From Myxococcota bacterium (GTDB lineage Bacteria > Myxococcota_A > SURF-8): DNA of 64,000 nt. A model generated the notes under the pieces. That model made no database searches. It was not told the origin of the DNA and saw only the letters and a list, made by a program, of their open reading frames with translations. This document shows positions 39,233-49,258 of the stretch, piece after piece. The DNA lies in contig OZ223209.1 in assembly GCA_965140415.1 (NCBI GenBank), positions 1 to 64,000 on the forward strand, written 5' to 3'. How positions within the stretch are numbered: position 1 is the first letter of the stretch; each line of letters begins with the position of its first letter. A program made the translations under genes and the position numbers.

Positions 39233-39772
39233 ATGAACGATCGTAACGAACAAGCAAACGCCTTGGTATCGCTGCTAGCCGGATTATTGCTGGTTGCGGC
39301 GTTGGGTGTGGCGATGGGGATCATTCTGCGCGATTCCGTCGCCGTGATTCCGCAGCAGCATCAGCAAAAGATTGCCTGCGCAATGGCGATTGCGCAAGTG
39401 ATACGGCAGGCGAACGAGGAAGCGGATCGCATGGATCGCGATAACAGCGCCAGTGAAAAGGTCAAAGGGCTTTGCGGAAAGCGCGTGTTGGAAACCCTGC
39501 AATTGCTGGAAGACATCGCCCGCGGTCAGGGGCGCGTCGATGAAATCCAGAACGCGCGGGAGTTCTGGGCAACGCAGGAAAGCGACTCTCAACAGGAGGG
39601 ACATTGTCCGCCGTTGTGGCCTAAAACCCGCGATGCCTACTGGCGGGCGGATCGTGCCTGCGTACTGGCATTACCGGGTTTTGTATGGCCGGTGGCTCTC
39701 GGCGTCTGGGGTGGTGGTGCGTTATTGGTGTTGGTCCTATTTCTTGTTTTCCGTAGAAAATCAACTCGGTAG
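39233..39772 (+). CDS. Hypothetical membrane protein
   Basis: N- and C-terminal TM segments, basic tail RRKSTR; alternative start 39188. Confidence 0.65.
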   Translation: MNDRNEQANALVSLLAGLLLVAALGVAMGIILRDSVAVIPQQHQQKIACAMAIAQVIRQANEEADRMDRDNSASEKVKGLCGKRVLETLQLLEDIARGQGRVDEIQNAREFWATQESDSQQEGHCPPLWPKTRDAYWRADRACVLALPGFVWPVALGVWGGGALLVLVLFLVFRRKSTR

Positions 39773-39952
39773 CAGACTGCCTTTATTCCGACATCGATGT
39801 CGGAATAGTCGCGTTTACTTGTCAGTCAGTTTTTTGAAATTACGATGGTGGAATTCTTAATTGTTTGTAATCAGATAACAATTTCATTGGCTTGAATCTT
39901 GCTAATTATTTCGGCATTTCGTACGATATTTTGGAAATGGATGAAGGAGAGA

Positions 39953-40483
39953 ATGATGCCTGAGATCAAGATTTGTGTGTTTACACTGTTGTCCTTTTTG
40001 TTATTGCTCGCCTGTGGCGATTCCGACAACAACCTGGCGCAGGATGTACAAGTCAGCGATTGCGGCGGCTTCGATGCGCCCAGTGCACGATTGATGGATG
40101 ACGAACTTGACTGCGGCGATGAAATGCTGAGCTTTCAATATGATGAATCCACCCAGATGTTGACCTTGTTGCATGAAAATCTGTATCTGAACTGCTGCGG
40201 CAATCACGCGGTGCAGGTTACGGAACTGGAAGATGGCAGTGGTTTCGAAGTAAAAGAAACCGACGATCCGATGGACGAAGGCCGCTGCGCGTGCATGTGC
40301 CTGTTCGACAATTCGGCCAAGATACAGCTGCTCTCTTCTGCATCGATCAATGTGAAGGTGATTGTCTACGTCAGTGACTCCGACTCGCCCAAACGCACCG
40401 TTTGGCAGGGCAGCATCGATCCGGCAGATGGCTCGGGGTCCGTATTGATTAGAGAAGATGCCAGCTACTGCAATGCCCAGTAG
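39953..40483 (+). CDS. Lipoprotein with a single NCC...CxCxC domain
   Basis: AAGGAG RBS, lipobox LLAC; LHENLYLNCC...ETDD...CACMCLFD matches the repeats of 45650..47593. Confidence 0.78.
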   Translation: MMPEIKICVFTLLSFLLLLACGDSDNNLAQDVQVSDCGGFDAPSARLMDDELDCGDEMLSFQYDESTQMLTLLHENLYLNCCGNHAVQVTELEDGSGFEVKETDDPMDEGRCACMCLFDNSAKIQLLSSASINVKVIVYVSDSDSPKRTVWQGSIDPADGSGSVLIREDASYCNAQ

Positions 40484-40517
40484 TAGCGTCTATTTCTGTT
40501 AGGAAGTGTGAAACAGG

Positions 40518-41645
40518 ATGCGCGGTCTATACAACCGGTTGATTGAACGTCTGCGAACAGAAGGTGGCGTTTCCGAAATTTTCAGACTCGGCCTTCGATA
40601 TGTGGCAACGCAAACCGCCTGGCGACTTTCGATGAAACCGCTGGGCGGTCCGCTTTCCGGAACATTGGTGCTGACTTTTCGCTGTAATGAAGCCTGTACC
40701 ATGTGCGACCTACCTTCCCGCGCCAAAGGCGCCGAAAGCGCTGAAATCTCTACCGAAACATGGCTCAGAATCGTCGACGAAATGGCGGATCTAGGGGTGA
40801 CGGCCATGAGTATCACCGGCGGGGAACCGCTGCTGCACCCTGATTTCGTCCTGATTGCGCGCCGCATCGTGGCGCATCATCACCTGCCTTTGGTGCTCAG
40901 CAGTAACGGTCTGCTCTTTGCCGATCCTTCCATGACCGAAGCGATTTTGTCTGTGGCTCCCACTCGCATCAACATCAGTATCGATGCCGATGAGGCGGCG
41001 TTGTACGACCGTCTTCGGGGGCGGAAAGGAGCCTGGGAGCGCCTTCACGACGCGCTGAACGTCTTGATGGAAACTCGCAAGCGGATTGCACCCAATGTTG
41101 CATTGAACGCAGTCTGTGTGGTGTCGCCAGACAATGCGGACCGATTGTCAGCTATTGTAAACCATTGCGAGAACCTGGGTTTCGACTCTATCGGATTCAT
41201 GCCGCTACATGCTTTCAGTCCCGCTCATCAAACCAATGCCGCGCCAGTCCCGATACTTGATGCCAAAACGACGAAAACCGCCGTTGACGTCCTGCTTAAA
41301 AAGAAGCGTTCTCGTGGCATCCGCATCGAGAACACGGAAACCTATCTCAAACAGTTCGAATCGGCTTTTTCAGGCAAACCGGCTCCATTACCCTGTGTCA
41401 GCGGCTATGCGCGTATTCTCGTCGATCCCTACGGTAATGTGTTTCCCTGCTGGCCATTTCTCGAATGGAACCGCCCGCCGGTCGGCAATATCGCCCATGC
41501 ACCACTTGGCGCTCTATGGAACTCCACGACGTATCAGCAGCAACGGCAGCAGATGCAGTCCTGTCGTGCCTGTTACTGGAACTGCCAGGTGGAAGCCAAC
41601 ATTCTGTTTCACCTACCTCTGCTCGGCCTACACAAACAGGGTTGA
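40518..41645 (+). CDS. Radical SAM protein with SPASM/twitch domain
   Basis: CNEACTMC, ITGGEPLL, CVSG...VFPC...CRACYWNC. Confidence 0.88.
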   Translation: MRGLYNRLIERLRTEGGVSEIFRLGLRYVATQTAWRLSMKPLGGPLSGTLVLTFRCNEACTMCDLPSRAKGAESAEISTETWLRIVDEMADLGVTAMSITGGEPLLHPDFVLIARRIVAHHHLPLVLSSNGLLFADPSMTEAILSVAPTRINISIDADEAALYDRLRGRKGAWERLHDALNVLMETRKRIAPNVALNAVCVVSPDNADRLSAIVNHCENLGFDSIGFMPLHAFSPAHQTNAAPVPILDAKTTKTAVDVLLKKKRSRGIRIENTETYLKQFESAFSGKPAPLPCVSGYARILVDPYGNVFPCWPFLEWNRPPVGNIAHAPLGALWNSTTYQQQRQQMQSCRACYWNCQVEANILFHLPLLGLHKQG

Positions 41646-41796
41646 TTTCTCATATTGTTAGAACGTGGTTTGAAATAAATTCGACGTCTGTGTTTGAAAT
41701 TTGTATCTTGACTTTCCCTCGATATGTCGGCTAATGTCAGCTTGTTCACCACTATAGTACTACGTAACGCGAACTAAAAAAGACGGGAGCTTTCGT

Positions 41797-42294
41797 ATGA
41801 AGACGATTCACCTTGTCGTGTTTTTTTGCGCGATTCTCCTTGTAACTGTGGCTGCTTGGGCGCAATCGGTCATTCCGCTTTCAGGCAGTGAAAAGGTCGA
41901 GGTCGCCCCAACTAAAAACGCGTGTTGTGAAAATGCGAAGGATCGCGGTCTGGCCGAGGCGAACAAGCAATGCCATCCGGGAACGGTGAGCAACTACAAC
42001 GCCGGAGCCTGTACGACCACCGTGAACGAGGAGATCAAGGAATATTTCGATTGTACACGCTCCTGGACGGCCACCTGCACAATGTCGGAAACTGCACAAG
42101 AGCAACCGAGCGAGTCCGATCCCTGCGAAGGCGTAAGCTGTTCGGGACATGGAAGCTGTGTCGCTGTTGACAATCTGGCGGTCTGTCAGTGCGATCCCGG
42201 TTATGGACCGTCACCGGATACCGGCCAGGGTTGTTTTCCAACCGAAGATTTTAAAAAGAAACTTGAAGATTTCTTGAAGGATGGCGCGCCATGA
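41797..42294 (+). CDS. Small secreted Cys-rich protein with EGF-like module
   Basis: Signal peptide AWA|Q, DPCEGVSCSGHGSC...CQCDPGY. Confidence 0.75.
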   Translation: MKTIHLVVFFCAILLVTVAAWAQSVIPLSGSEKVEVAPTKNACCENAKDRGLAEANKQCHPGTVSNYNAGACTTTVNEEIKEYFDCTRSWTATCTMSETAQEQPSESDPCEGVSCSGHGSCVAVDNLAVCQCDPGYGPSPDTGQGCFPTEDFKKKLEDFLKDGAP

Positions 42295-45200
42295 CGCGAA
42301 ACACAATCATCATTGTCACAGCCACGATCCTGTTTCTTTTTTGTTCTGTCTGTTATGCAGCGGATCAACAAGATACGCATCGTGCTTCTGCGCAAATGCG
42401 AACTGGTCTTCCGGTGGTGCTGATCAACATTGCTGCACCAGAAGAGATGAAACAGGAAGCGCTGGGCTTGACCTTGCTGTTACAGAATTCCGTCGCCACA
42501 CCAACACGAAAACTGATCGATCGGGATGGGTTGGACGATGTGATGCTGCCGAGCACCGGCAATCAGAAAAAAGATGTCCTATTAGTTAAAGATATCCTGT
42601 ACTTCGCTTCTGTCAGCGGCGCGAACAAGGTGATTCAAGGTTGGCTGGAACGCTACCCGGATCGCTTGCAGTTGGACCTGCGAGATTACGATGTTTTTAC
42701 CGGCAAAAGCACGGATGCGGTTCGATTGACGGCTGAAACGCAGGATGTGGATGGGCTGATGAGCCAGGCGCTTGCACCGATCAACCGCTGGCTGGGAGAA
42801 CCGGAAAAGGCTCAGCAAACCGAAAGCGCAGCGTTTTCACTTGACGAGACGAACACGCTGGCGCAGTTGTGGCTGGCGAAATCTCCTTGGGAAATGGAAC
42901 AAACGCTTGAATTGTTGGAACTGCTCTGCTCGCTACCTCAGAAAACGCCTCGGCTTTCCCCATGGTTGTTGCGTAAACTCGTCGCGAAAATGGGAACGGT
43001 AGACGATCCCCTGTCTAAGGCACTATTGGCCGAGTTGGCGCAAAACACCGAGGATGCCATTCGGATTTACAATTCGATTCCCGCCAAATCCAAGGCGGCT
43101 CATCTGGCAGCCCTGCGAAGCGCGATTTTGGAATATCGCTACGGTCATCAGGCCAAAGCCGAACGAGCATTTAAAAAAATCGCTCGCAAATACAAGAAAC
43201 ATCCCCTTGCAAAACTCTGGTCGGCACATCTGCTGATCGAGGCGGGAAAAGACAGGCGAGCGGCCAAAGCTTTGGCCTCCATCAAAAAGGCAAAGATTCA
43301 TCCCGAGTTATACCGTCGGTTGGCAACAAACTTTGAACGACAAGATAAAGCGTTGCAAGCGGCCAAAGCCACTCATCTTGCGGTGGAAACAGCATCTTTA
43401 CGTGGGCTGGTTTCACTAGCGGCAAAGCTTTCCGTACTGGAAGCACGCTTGAAACAGACGGATGTAGAGGCTACCCGGATCTTTCCCGCATATCTCGATG
43501 AAGCCGAGCGCGCAGAGTTATTGAAATATTTCTCGAAGCAAACGGAATCGAAATCGAAGAATCTGGCGCTGGCGCGGCTGATCTCTATCGGCAAAACGCC
43601 TCAAACGGCGCAGCGTTATTACGAAGCGCTCGTTATGTCGGGTGACTATCGGGCCGATGACTTTACGGAAGCCGGGCGTTTTCTATCACGCTTCGGTAAC
43701 GATCCAAAAATGGCCGGACTGGTATTGAAAGTGGCATTGAAACTGGACCCTGCAAGTGAATCGGTGTTGTTTGCATTGGCAGATCACTACCTGAAACAGG
43801 GGGATCTGGACGCCGCCATGGCGCTTTGCAAACAGGTAAAGAAACATTTTCCGTTGTGGCCTTATGTGAGCCGTTTGGATGCCCGTTACAAGCGTATCTG
43901 CAAAGAAACCCTGAAAGCGGAAAAGAGTTTGCGCGCGCGTTTGGAGGCGTATCCGGACGATGCCGAGGCGCTGGTTTTGCTGATCCGTGTCTTGATGGAT
44001 CTGGATCGTATGTTAGAGGCTCAACTGCAATACGCGCATTTAGAAGCCGTGGATATTCGTCTGGCCAATGCGTTGGGACCACCCAGTAAAAGTGAAACCA
44101 CGGCAAAGCTTGGGGAGATTAAAACAGAAGGCAACGAGTCGTTTCTGGCTGAGGCCGCCAACAGGAAGGGCGAAGGCAAATACAGCGAGCTGGAGAAGTT
44201 GCAGCAGGGCTTGAACGAAAGTCTCAAAGACGACAAGCTCAAGCTGGATTTGTCGGATCTGGCAGGTCTGATGGATTCCTCCAAACCCGACGAATTGAAG
44301 CGCATCGCTTCGGATCTGGGTATTCGGGTCAATACCGATAAAGCCGCCTCGCAGTTACAACAATTGCAGCTTGAAAACAAAAATGCCGCACCGATGCTGC
44401 CGCCCGGCAAGGGAACCGGCTTGTTGGATACGCTAAAGGGCATGGCGGACATGGCCAAGAAGTATCGGGAAGAGCAAGCGGCAAAGGCTCAAGCTGCTAT
44501 GGCGGAAGAAGAAAAAAAATCGCTTTCGGCCTGGTATTTCAACTGGTCGGAAGGATTGGCGCTGAAACTGGCTATTCTGTTGGCGGTACTGCTGCTGGTC
44601 CTAACGGTTGCTGTCACGATTCTGTACTGGTATCGCAAAGCCACAGGAACGGGGGGATTGACTGCCCGTGTTTCGTACAATCGCGCTTTCCACGAAGGAT
44701 TCTTCATCGGGCGGCTGTCTGAAAATGAATTGGAAACGGCATTCGAAAACGTCACCAAATTCTGGCGCAGCGCCAACCGCTCGCAGCCGGGACCGGTTCG
44801 CATATTTTGGAAGACGTTATTTCCCTATACGACAATGGCGGTGCGCGATATTCTGACGTTCGAACATATTCCGCCGGGTGCCTACCATCTTTACATTGCC
44901 AGCATTCAGACCGATCCTAAAACCGAATTGCCTATCGGCAGCGTTGAAATTCACGAACGAGTGACCATCTCTACAGGGATGGGGAATGCCGAACTTCGTT
45001 TTGAAGAAGCATTGGCTTATGTCGGCGTCAAGGTCGTTCGAAAAATTCACATCGATACGTCACAGGCGGATGCATTGACCGGCAAAAAGAAAGATCCGGT
45101 GGTCGTAACTGCGGACAGCCTCCCGGACTTGAACGAGAGCGGGAAACTAAACGAGGAAATTTCCGTGTACCTGCCCACGGGCCGACATCTGCTGAACATC

Positions 45201-45326
45201 CAATTCGGTGCCACCGTCATGCAGCGGGAAGTAACCGTTAAAGAAGATCTTTCGCCGCAGTGGCTGGAACTCGATCTGCAATCCGTCAACGTTCGAAAAG
45301 CCAGGCTGGATTCGAGCCCCGTATAG
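42291..45326 (+). CDS. Large TPR-containing single-pass membrane protein
   Basis: Signal peptide, long TPR-like helical region, TM segment LAILLAVLLLVLTVAV, beta-rich C-terminal part; ATGA overlap with the upstream gene. Confidence 0.75.
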   Translation: MTRNTIIIVTATILFLFCSVCYAADQQDTHRASAQMRTGLPVVLINIAAPEEMKQEALGLTLLLQNSVATPTRKLIDRDGLDDVMLPSTGNQKKDVLLVKDILYFASVSGANKVIQGWLERYPDRLQLDLRDYDVFTGKSTDAVRLTAETQDVDGLMSQALAPINRWLGEPEKAQQTESAAFSLDETNTLAQLWLAKSPWEMEQTLELLELLCSLPQKTPRLSPWLLRKLVAKMGTVDDPLSKALLAELAQNTEDAIRIYNSIPAKSKAAHLAALRSAILEYRYGHQAKAERAFKKIARKYKKHPLAKLWSAHLLIEAGKDRRAAKALASIKKAKIHPELYRRLATNFERQDKALQAAKATHLAVETASLRGLVSLAAKLSVLEARLKQTDVEATRIFPAYLDEAERAELLKYFSKQTESKSKNLALARLISIGKTPQTAQRYYEALVMSGDYRADDFTEAGRFLSRFGNDPKMAGLVLKVALKLDPASESVLFALADHYLKQGDLDAAMALCKQVKKHFPLWPYVSRLDARYKRICKETLKAEKSLRARLEAYPDDAEALVLLIRVLMDLDRMLEAQLQYAHLEAVDIRLANALGPPSKSETTAKLGEIKTEGNESFLAEAANRKGEGKYSELEKLQQGLNESLKDDKLKLDLSDLAGLMDSSKPDELKRIASDLGIRVNTDKAASQLQQLQLENKNAAPMLPPGKGTGLLDTLKGMADMAKKYREEQAAKAQAAMAEEEKKSLSAWYFNWSEGLALKLAILLAVLLLVLTVAVTILYWYRKATGTGGLTARVSYNRAFHEGFFIGRLSENELETAFENVTKFWRSANRSQPGPVRIFWKTLFPYTTMAVRDILTFEHIPPGAYHLYIASIQTDPKTELPIGSVEIHERVTISTGMGNAELRFEEALAYVGVKVVRKIHIDTSQADALTGKKKDPVVVTADSLPDLNESGKLNEEISVYLPTGRHLLNIQFGATVMQREVTVKEDLSPQWLELDLQSVNVRKARLDSSPV

Positions 45327-45396
45327 ATTGAGTGCTTGTATACGGCCTGCTCTATACCGGTTCTTAATCATTTTTAACCACTGATTTCAAGAAATG

Positions 45397-45546
45397 TGTG
45401 GCATAGTCTTACGCGATCGAAGATCGTGGAAGGCTGTGTGTCTTCAACAAGTTACACACGGCCTCCCGGAATTTCCATTCCGTGAGACCATGTCACATCG
45501 TGATTACTCGATGGACAGAAATGAGTAATACCTGCTCTAATTTCTG
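45397..45546 (+). ncRNA. Candidate structured RNA (four-way junction plus possible pseudoknot), unclassified
   Basis: 17-bp closing stem 45397-45413/45481-45497 enclosing three hairpins; G-U pairs favour the plus strand; no family recognised. Confidence 0.35.
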
Positions 45547-45554
45547 CGAACGCC

Positions 45555-45586
45555 AATAAAAAACGGCGGGGTTATGCCTCGCCGTT
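45555..45586 (-). terminator. Probable intrinsic terminator of the 45650 gene
   Basis: AACGGCGAGG-CATAA-CCCCGCCGTT followed by TTTTATT on the minus strand. Confidence 0.65.
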
Positions 45587-45649
45587 ACGGAAATCAGAAA
45601 ATGTTAATTTCTACTTCATGGAATCAACCGAGCAAACACCCCATGTCAT

Positions 45650-47593
45650 TTACGGCACGGTTACATAGGCCGTGTCGTAAAGTTGATTCCAGACCATGAC
45701 GTTGATGGTATAATCGCCGCTGGGAAGATCGTAAATGCTGCTGTTGACGTCGTACAGGCAGACGCAGTCGCAGGGCGCTTGCAGCATTTCTGTTTCGGTG
45801 AGCGTGATCGTGAAGCCGTCGATAGCCATTGCCACCGCGATTTCGTCGATGCAACAGTTGTATTCGGCGTTATGATGCAACACGGCGATGTGATCCGTTT
45901 CCCAGTTCGCCGTCAACGTTTCATCGGTACTGTCACGAAATCCGGAACCAAGGCAGTCGGAGTTGTTGTGCTGCAATTCCGGTGCAGCCCCGACCGTCAA
46001 GGAAGTGCTTCCCGCCAGATTTCCATCGTTGTTGTAAAATTCCACCGTGTATAGGCCGTCGGCCAACCCGGCAACCTGGGCGCTGATATCGAAGGGACAG
46101 ACGCAGAAACAGGGATTGGGAGCGACTTCCGTTTCGTACAGTTTCAACGTATTGCCATCCTGCACCAACTCCACGCTGATTTCGTCGATGCAGCAGTTGT
46201 ACACCGCGTTATGATGAGTCGCCGTAGCCAGTCCGGTTTCGGCATCGTAACTGGCTTCAAAGCTTTCCGTGCCATACAAGCTGTCATCATCGCCGTCGAC
46301 AGTGCGTGTCGCGCCGTTCAGGCAGTCAGAATTACGTACACCGGCCAGTTGCACACCACCGACAGTCACTTGGGCCGATCCAGCCAACTGGCCACCGTCC
46401 AGGTAAAATTCCACCGTGTACACTCCGTCCGCGAGATCGTCGATTTGAGCGCTGACATCATACGGGCATACGCAGGCGCAGGGCATATCGACCTGTTCCG
46501 TTTCGTACAGTTTCAGTGTAGTGCCATCCTGCACCAGATCCACATCGATGGAGTCGATGCAGCAGTTGTACACCGCGTTGTGATGAATTGCCGTAACGGC
46601 TCCGGTAGAGGAATCGTAATTTGCCTCGAAGGTCGCGGCGGGGAACATGCCGTCTTCGTCACCATCCACCGTGGTGCGCGTGTTACCCAGACAGTCGGAA
46701 TTCTGAACGTTGCTCAGCGTGGCGCCATCACCTACCGTGACTTGAGCCGAGCCGGCCAGATCGCCACCATCCTTGTAGAATTCCACGGTGTAGCTGCCAT
46801 CTTCCAGATCCGCAATCTGCGTCTCGACATCGTAAGGGCAGATGCAGTTGCATGGCATATCGAGGATTTCCGTTTCGTAGAGTTTCAGCGTGTTGCCATC
46901 CACTACCAGATCCAGCCCGATGGACTCGATGCAGCAATTATAAATGACGTTGTGATGAATCGCCGTAACCAGACCGGTCGTCGGATTGTAGCTGGCTTCG
47001 ACACTTTCTACACCGAAAGGATCCTCGCTGTCGCCGGTGCGGGTTCCCAGGCAGCTGGAGTTGGTCGTTTCGCGCAGATTCGGACCGCTGCTGTCGCCAT
47101 CGGTGGTGTCGCCGTCGGTCATGTCGCCATCGGTCGTATCGCCATCGATGGTGTCGCCGTCGGTCATGTCGCCATCGGTCGTATCACCATCGGGCGTGTC
47201 GCCATCGGCAGTGTCGCCATCGGCAGTATCACCATCGGCAGTGTCGCCATCGGCAGTATCACCATCGGCAGTGTCGCCATCGGCAGTATCGCCATCGGCA
47301 GTGTCGCCATCGGCAGTGTCGCCATCGGCAGTGTCGCCATCGGCAGTGTCGCCATCGGTCGTGTCACCATCGGCAGTATCTCCGTCGGTTGTGTCGCCAT
47401 CGGTCGTATCGCCATCGGTTGTGTCGCCATCGGTGGTGTCGCCATCGGTTGTGTCGCCATCGGTGGTATCACCATCGGTCGTGTCGCCGTCAGCAGTATC
47501 GCCATCGACGGTGTCATCGTCGTCACCGCAACCGGCCAGCGCGACTGTCGCCAGCATCATCATTAAAAGGATGAAAATCGAAAGTTTACGCAT
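45650..47593 (-). CDS. Lipoprotein with ~28 xxDGD pentapeptide repeats and four NCC...CxCxC domains
   Basis: MRKLSIF signal, lipobox LAGC, four HHN..YNCCI...ETE...CxCxC.(Y/F)D repeats. Confidence 0.85.
   Translation of the reverse strand: MRKLSIFILLMMMLATVALAGCGDDDDTVDGDTADGDTTDGDTTDGDTTDGDTTDGDTTDGDTTDGDTTDGDTADGDTTDGDTADGDTADGDTADGDTADGDTADGDTADGDTADGDTADGDTADGDTADGDTPDGDTTDGDMTDGDTIDGDTTDGDMTDGDTTDGDSSGPNLRETTNSSCLGTRTGDSEDPFGVESVEASYNPTTGLVTAIHHNVIYNCCIESIGLDLVVDGNTLKLYETEILDMPCNCICPYDVETQIADLEDGSYTVEFYKDGGDLAGSAQVTVGDGATLSNVQNSDCLGNTRTTVDGDEDGMFPAATFEANYDSSTGAVTAIHHNAVYNCCIDSIDVDLVQDGTTLKLYETEQVDMPCACVCPYDVSAQIDDLADGVYTVEFYLDGGQLAGSAQVTVGGVQLAGVRNSDCLNGATRTVDGDDDSLYGTESFEASYDAETGLATATHHNAVYNCCIDEISVELVQDGNTLKLYETEVAPNPCFCVCPFDISAQVAGLADGLYTVEFYNNDGNLAGSTSLTVGAAPELQHNNSDCLGSGFRDSTDETLTANWETDHIAVLHHNAEYNCCIDEIAVAMAIDGFTITLTETEMLQAPCDCVCLYDVNSSIYDLPSGDYTINVMVWNQLYDTAYVTVP
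47093..47513 (-). repeat. 15-bp tandem repeat array (about 28 units, consensus GACACTGCCGATGGC) encoding xxDGD
   Basis: Repeated GTGTCGCCATCGGCA / GTATCGCCATCGGTC units visible directly. Confidence 0.92.
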
Positions 47594-47884
47594 GGTCATC
47601 TCTCCCACCGGTAAGTATTGTTTTCTTCGAAGTGATCTCTTTCGTCGTTGACGCCTAAACTTTCGCAACCTTCGTGCCAGTTTGGAAACAACTTAATACC
47701 TTGATAATACTAGGAATGCTGATTCAGACATCCCATCAACTGTCAAGAATTGTTTACACATTCTGTAAATCAGACGCACCTTCTGACATTTTTTCGGTTC
47801 CCAGCACCCATTTTATAGGCTTGAAACTGGACAGTTGCCGCTTGGGAGCGTATGATGTCGCCCAGATTTGATTGGAGAACCGCG

Positions 47885-49258
47885 ATGAATACTCACTTGT
47901 ACCCGCCCACCCGTGATCAATTGTTAATAACCTTGTTACTTCTGATGATCCTCGGGCTTGCCGTAGCCTGTCAGGGAAACTCGGATGATCCCATTGATGG
48001 GGATACCGAAGACGAGCAAACGGATTCCGATACCTTGCCCGATGGCGATATGGATCTCGATTTCGATTCGATTGATAATCAGCCTCCTGTAATCGACGGC
48101 GATGCCGACCCGGAAGTCGAAATGGAAGCCGATAGCGATTCCAATCCACCCCAACTCTTATGTCATCCCGGAGAGTGGGAATGCTACGACGATCAGTCCC
48201 TCTATCGTTGCGCCGAAGACGGACAGGGATATCTCGATTACCACTTGTGCCAACCCAATGAAATCTGTGAGGAAAACGCCTGTGTTGCGCGCTATCCCGA
48301 TGGAGATGTGGCAGATGGTGATGTCATCGATGGGGATGCAACAGATGGCGATGGTACAGATGGTGATGTCATCGATGGGGATATGACCGACGGTGATGCA
48401 ACCGATGGGGATATCATTGATGGCGACATGTCCGACGGTGATTTCGATCTGGACTATGATGAAGAAACAGGCGACCCGGATCTCGATCCGGAACCTGAAC
48501 TGGAACCCGAACCGGACCCCGAACCCGAGCCGGAACCGGAGGAGGATCTTCCTCATTCCCAATGCAACGGCTTGACCAATACCGCCTTATGGAACTGCAT
48601 CCGCAATATCGTAACCGGTCATTATTCGCTGGGCTACGACGACGCTCGCGAGAAAATGTTCGGGGATATCGATAATGTCAACGGGCGGGTACAGTGCGTC
48701 TACACTGGAGAATGGGTTTATACCTGGGACATTCCGTCTTCCGCAACCATGAATACCGAGCATAGCTGGCCGCAGAGTTACGGGGCGGGCAGCGAACCGG
48801 CGCGCAGCGATTTAAACCACTTGTTCCCCACCATCAGCGGGGCGAATTCCGCTCGCAGCAACCATCCTTTCGGGAAAGTTGTAAGTGATATCAACGACAA
48901 CTGGGTACCAAGCCTTTTAGGTGATAATGCCAACGGAGATCGCGTATTCGAGCCGCGCGACGAGCATAAAGGCGATGTGGCACGGGCCGTGTTCTACTTT
49001 GCCATTCGCTACGACGGCGGCTACAGCCAGGTGCCCTGGTACGACGAAGCGCTGCTCAAACAATGGAACCGGAACGATCCGCCTTCGGACAAGGAAAAAG
49101 CACGCAACGATTCCATCGAGCACTACCAGCATCGACGCAATCCCTTTGTCGATCGCCCTGATTTCGTGGACAAAATCAGTGATTTTACGCGCAATTACGG
49201 GCTCGTAACGCCGCCGCCACCCACATTTGAGGAGCAATATCCGCTCTTATTTCAGTAA
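47885..49258 (+). CDS. Lipoprotein with DGD/PE linkers and C-terminal endonuclease I (His-Me, Bsn-like) domain
   Basis: GGAG RBS, lipobox AVAC, MNTEHSWPQS, SDLNHLFP, KGDVARAVFYFAIRY, RNPFVDRP. Confidence 0.88.
   Translation: MNTHLYPPTRDQLLITLLLLMILGLAVACQGNSDDPIDGDTEDEQTDSDTLPDGDMDLDFDSIDNQPPVIDGDADPEVEMEADSDSNPPQLLCHPGEWECYDDQSLYRCAEDGQGYLDYHLCQPNEICEENACVARYPDGDVADGDVIDGDATDGDGTDGDVIDGDMTDGDATDGDIIDGDMSDGDFDLDYDEETGDPDLDPEPELEPEPDPEPEPEPEEDLPHSQCNGLTNTALWNCIRNIVTGHYSLGYDDAREKMFGDIDNVNGRVQCVYTGEWVYTWDIPSSATMNTEHSWPQSYGAGSEPARSDLNHLFPTISGANSARSNHPFGKVVSDINDNWVPSLLGDNANGDRVFEPRDEHKGDVARAVFYFAIRYDGGYSQVPWYDEALLKQWNRNDPPSDKEKARNDSIEHYQHRRNPFVDRPDFVDKISDFTRNYGLVTPPPPTFEEQYPLLFQ

Noticed and set aside
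45419-45500. Resemblance to tRNA-Sec (GAAGATCGT, CTTCAA, cloverleaf-like layout)
   Set aside because: No T-loop GTTCRA, arm lengths are wrong and there is no proper acceptor end; kept only as an unclassified structured candidate.
47093-47513. Possible CRISPR array
   Set aside because: Contiguous 15-bp units without unique spacers, in frame within a CDS; no cas genes in the window.
46211-47651. Long plus-strand ORFs with SPSAV/VAIGS repeats (also 36832-37260, 38648-39022 and 51702-52671)
   Set aside because: Antisense shadows of the DGD arrays, which lack stop codons in several frames; the minus-strand frames have RBS, signal peptides and domains.
47885-49258. Nuclease as a polymorphic toxin
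   Set aside because: Typical endonuclease I lipoprotein with no adjacent immunity-like ORF; the next gene is HesB.
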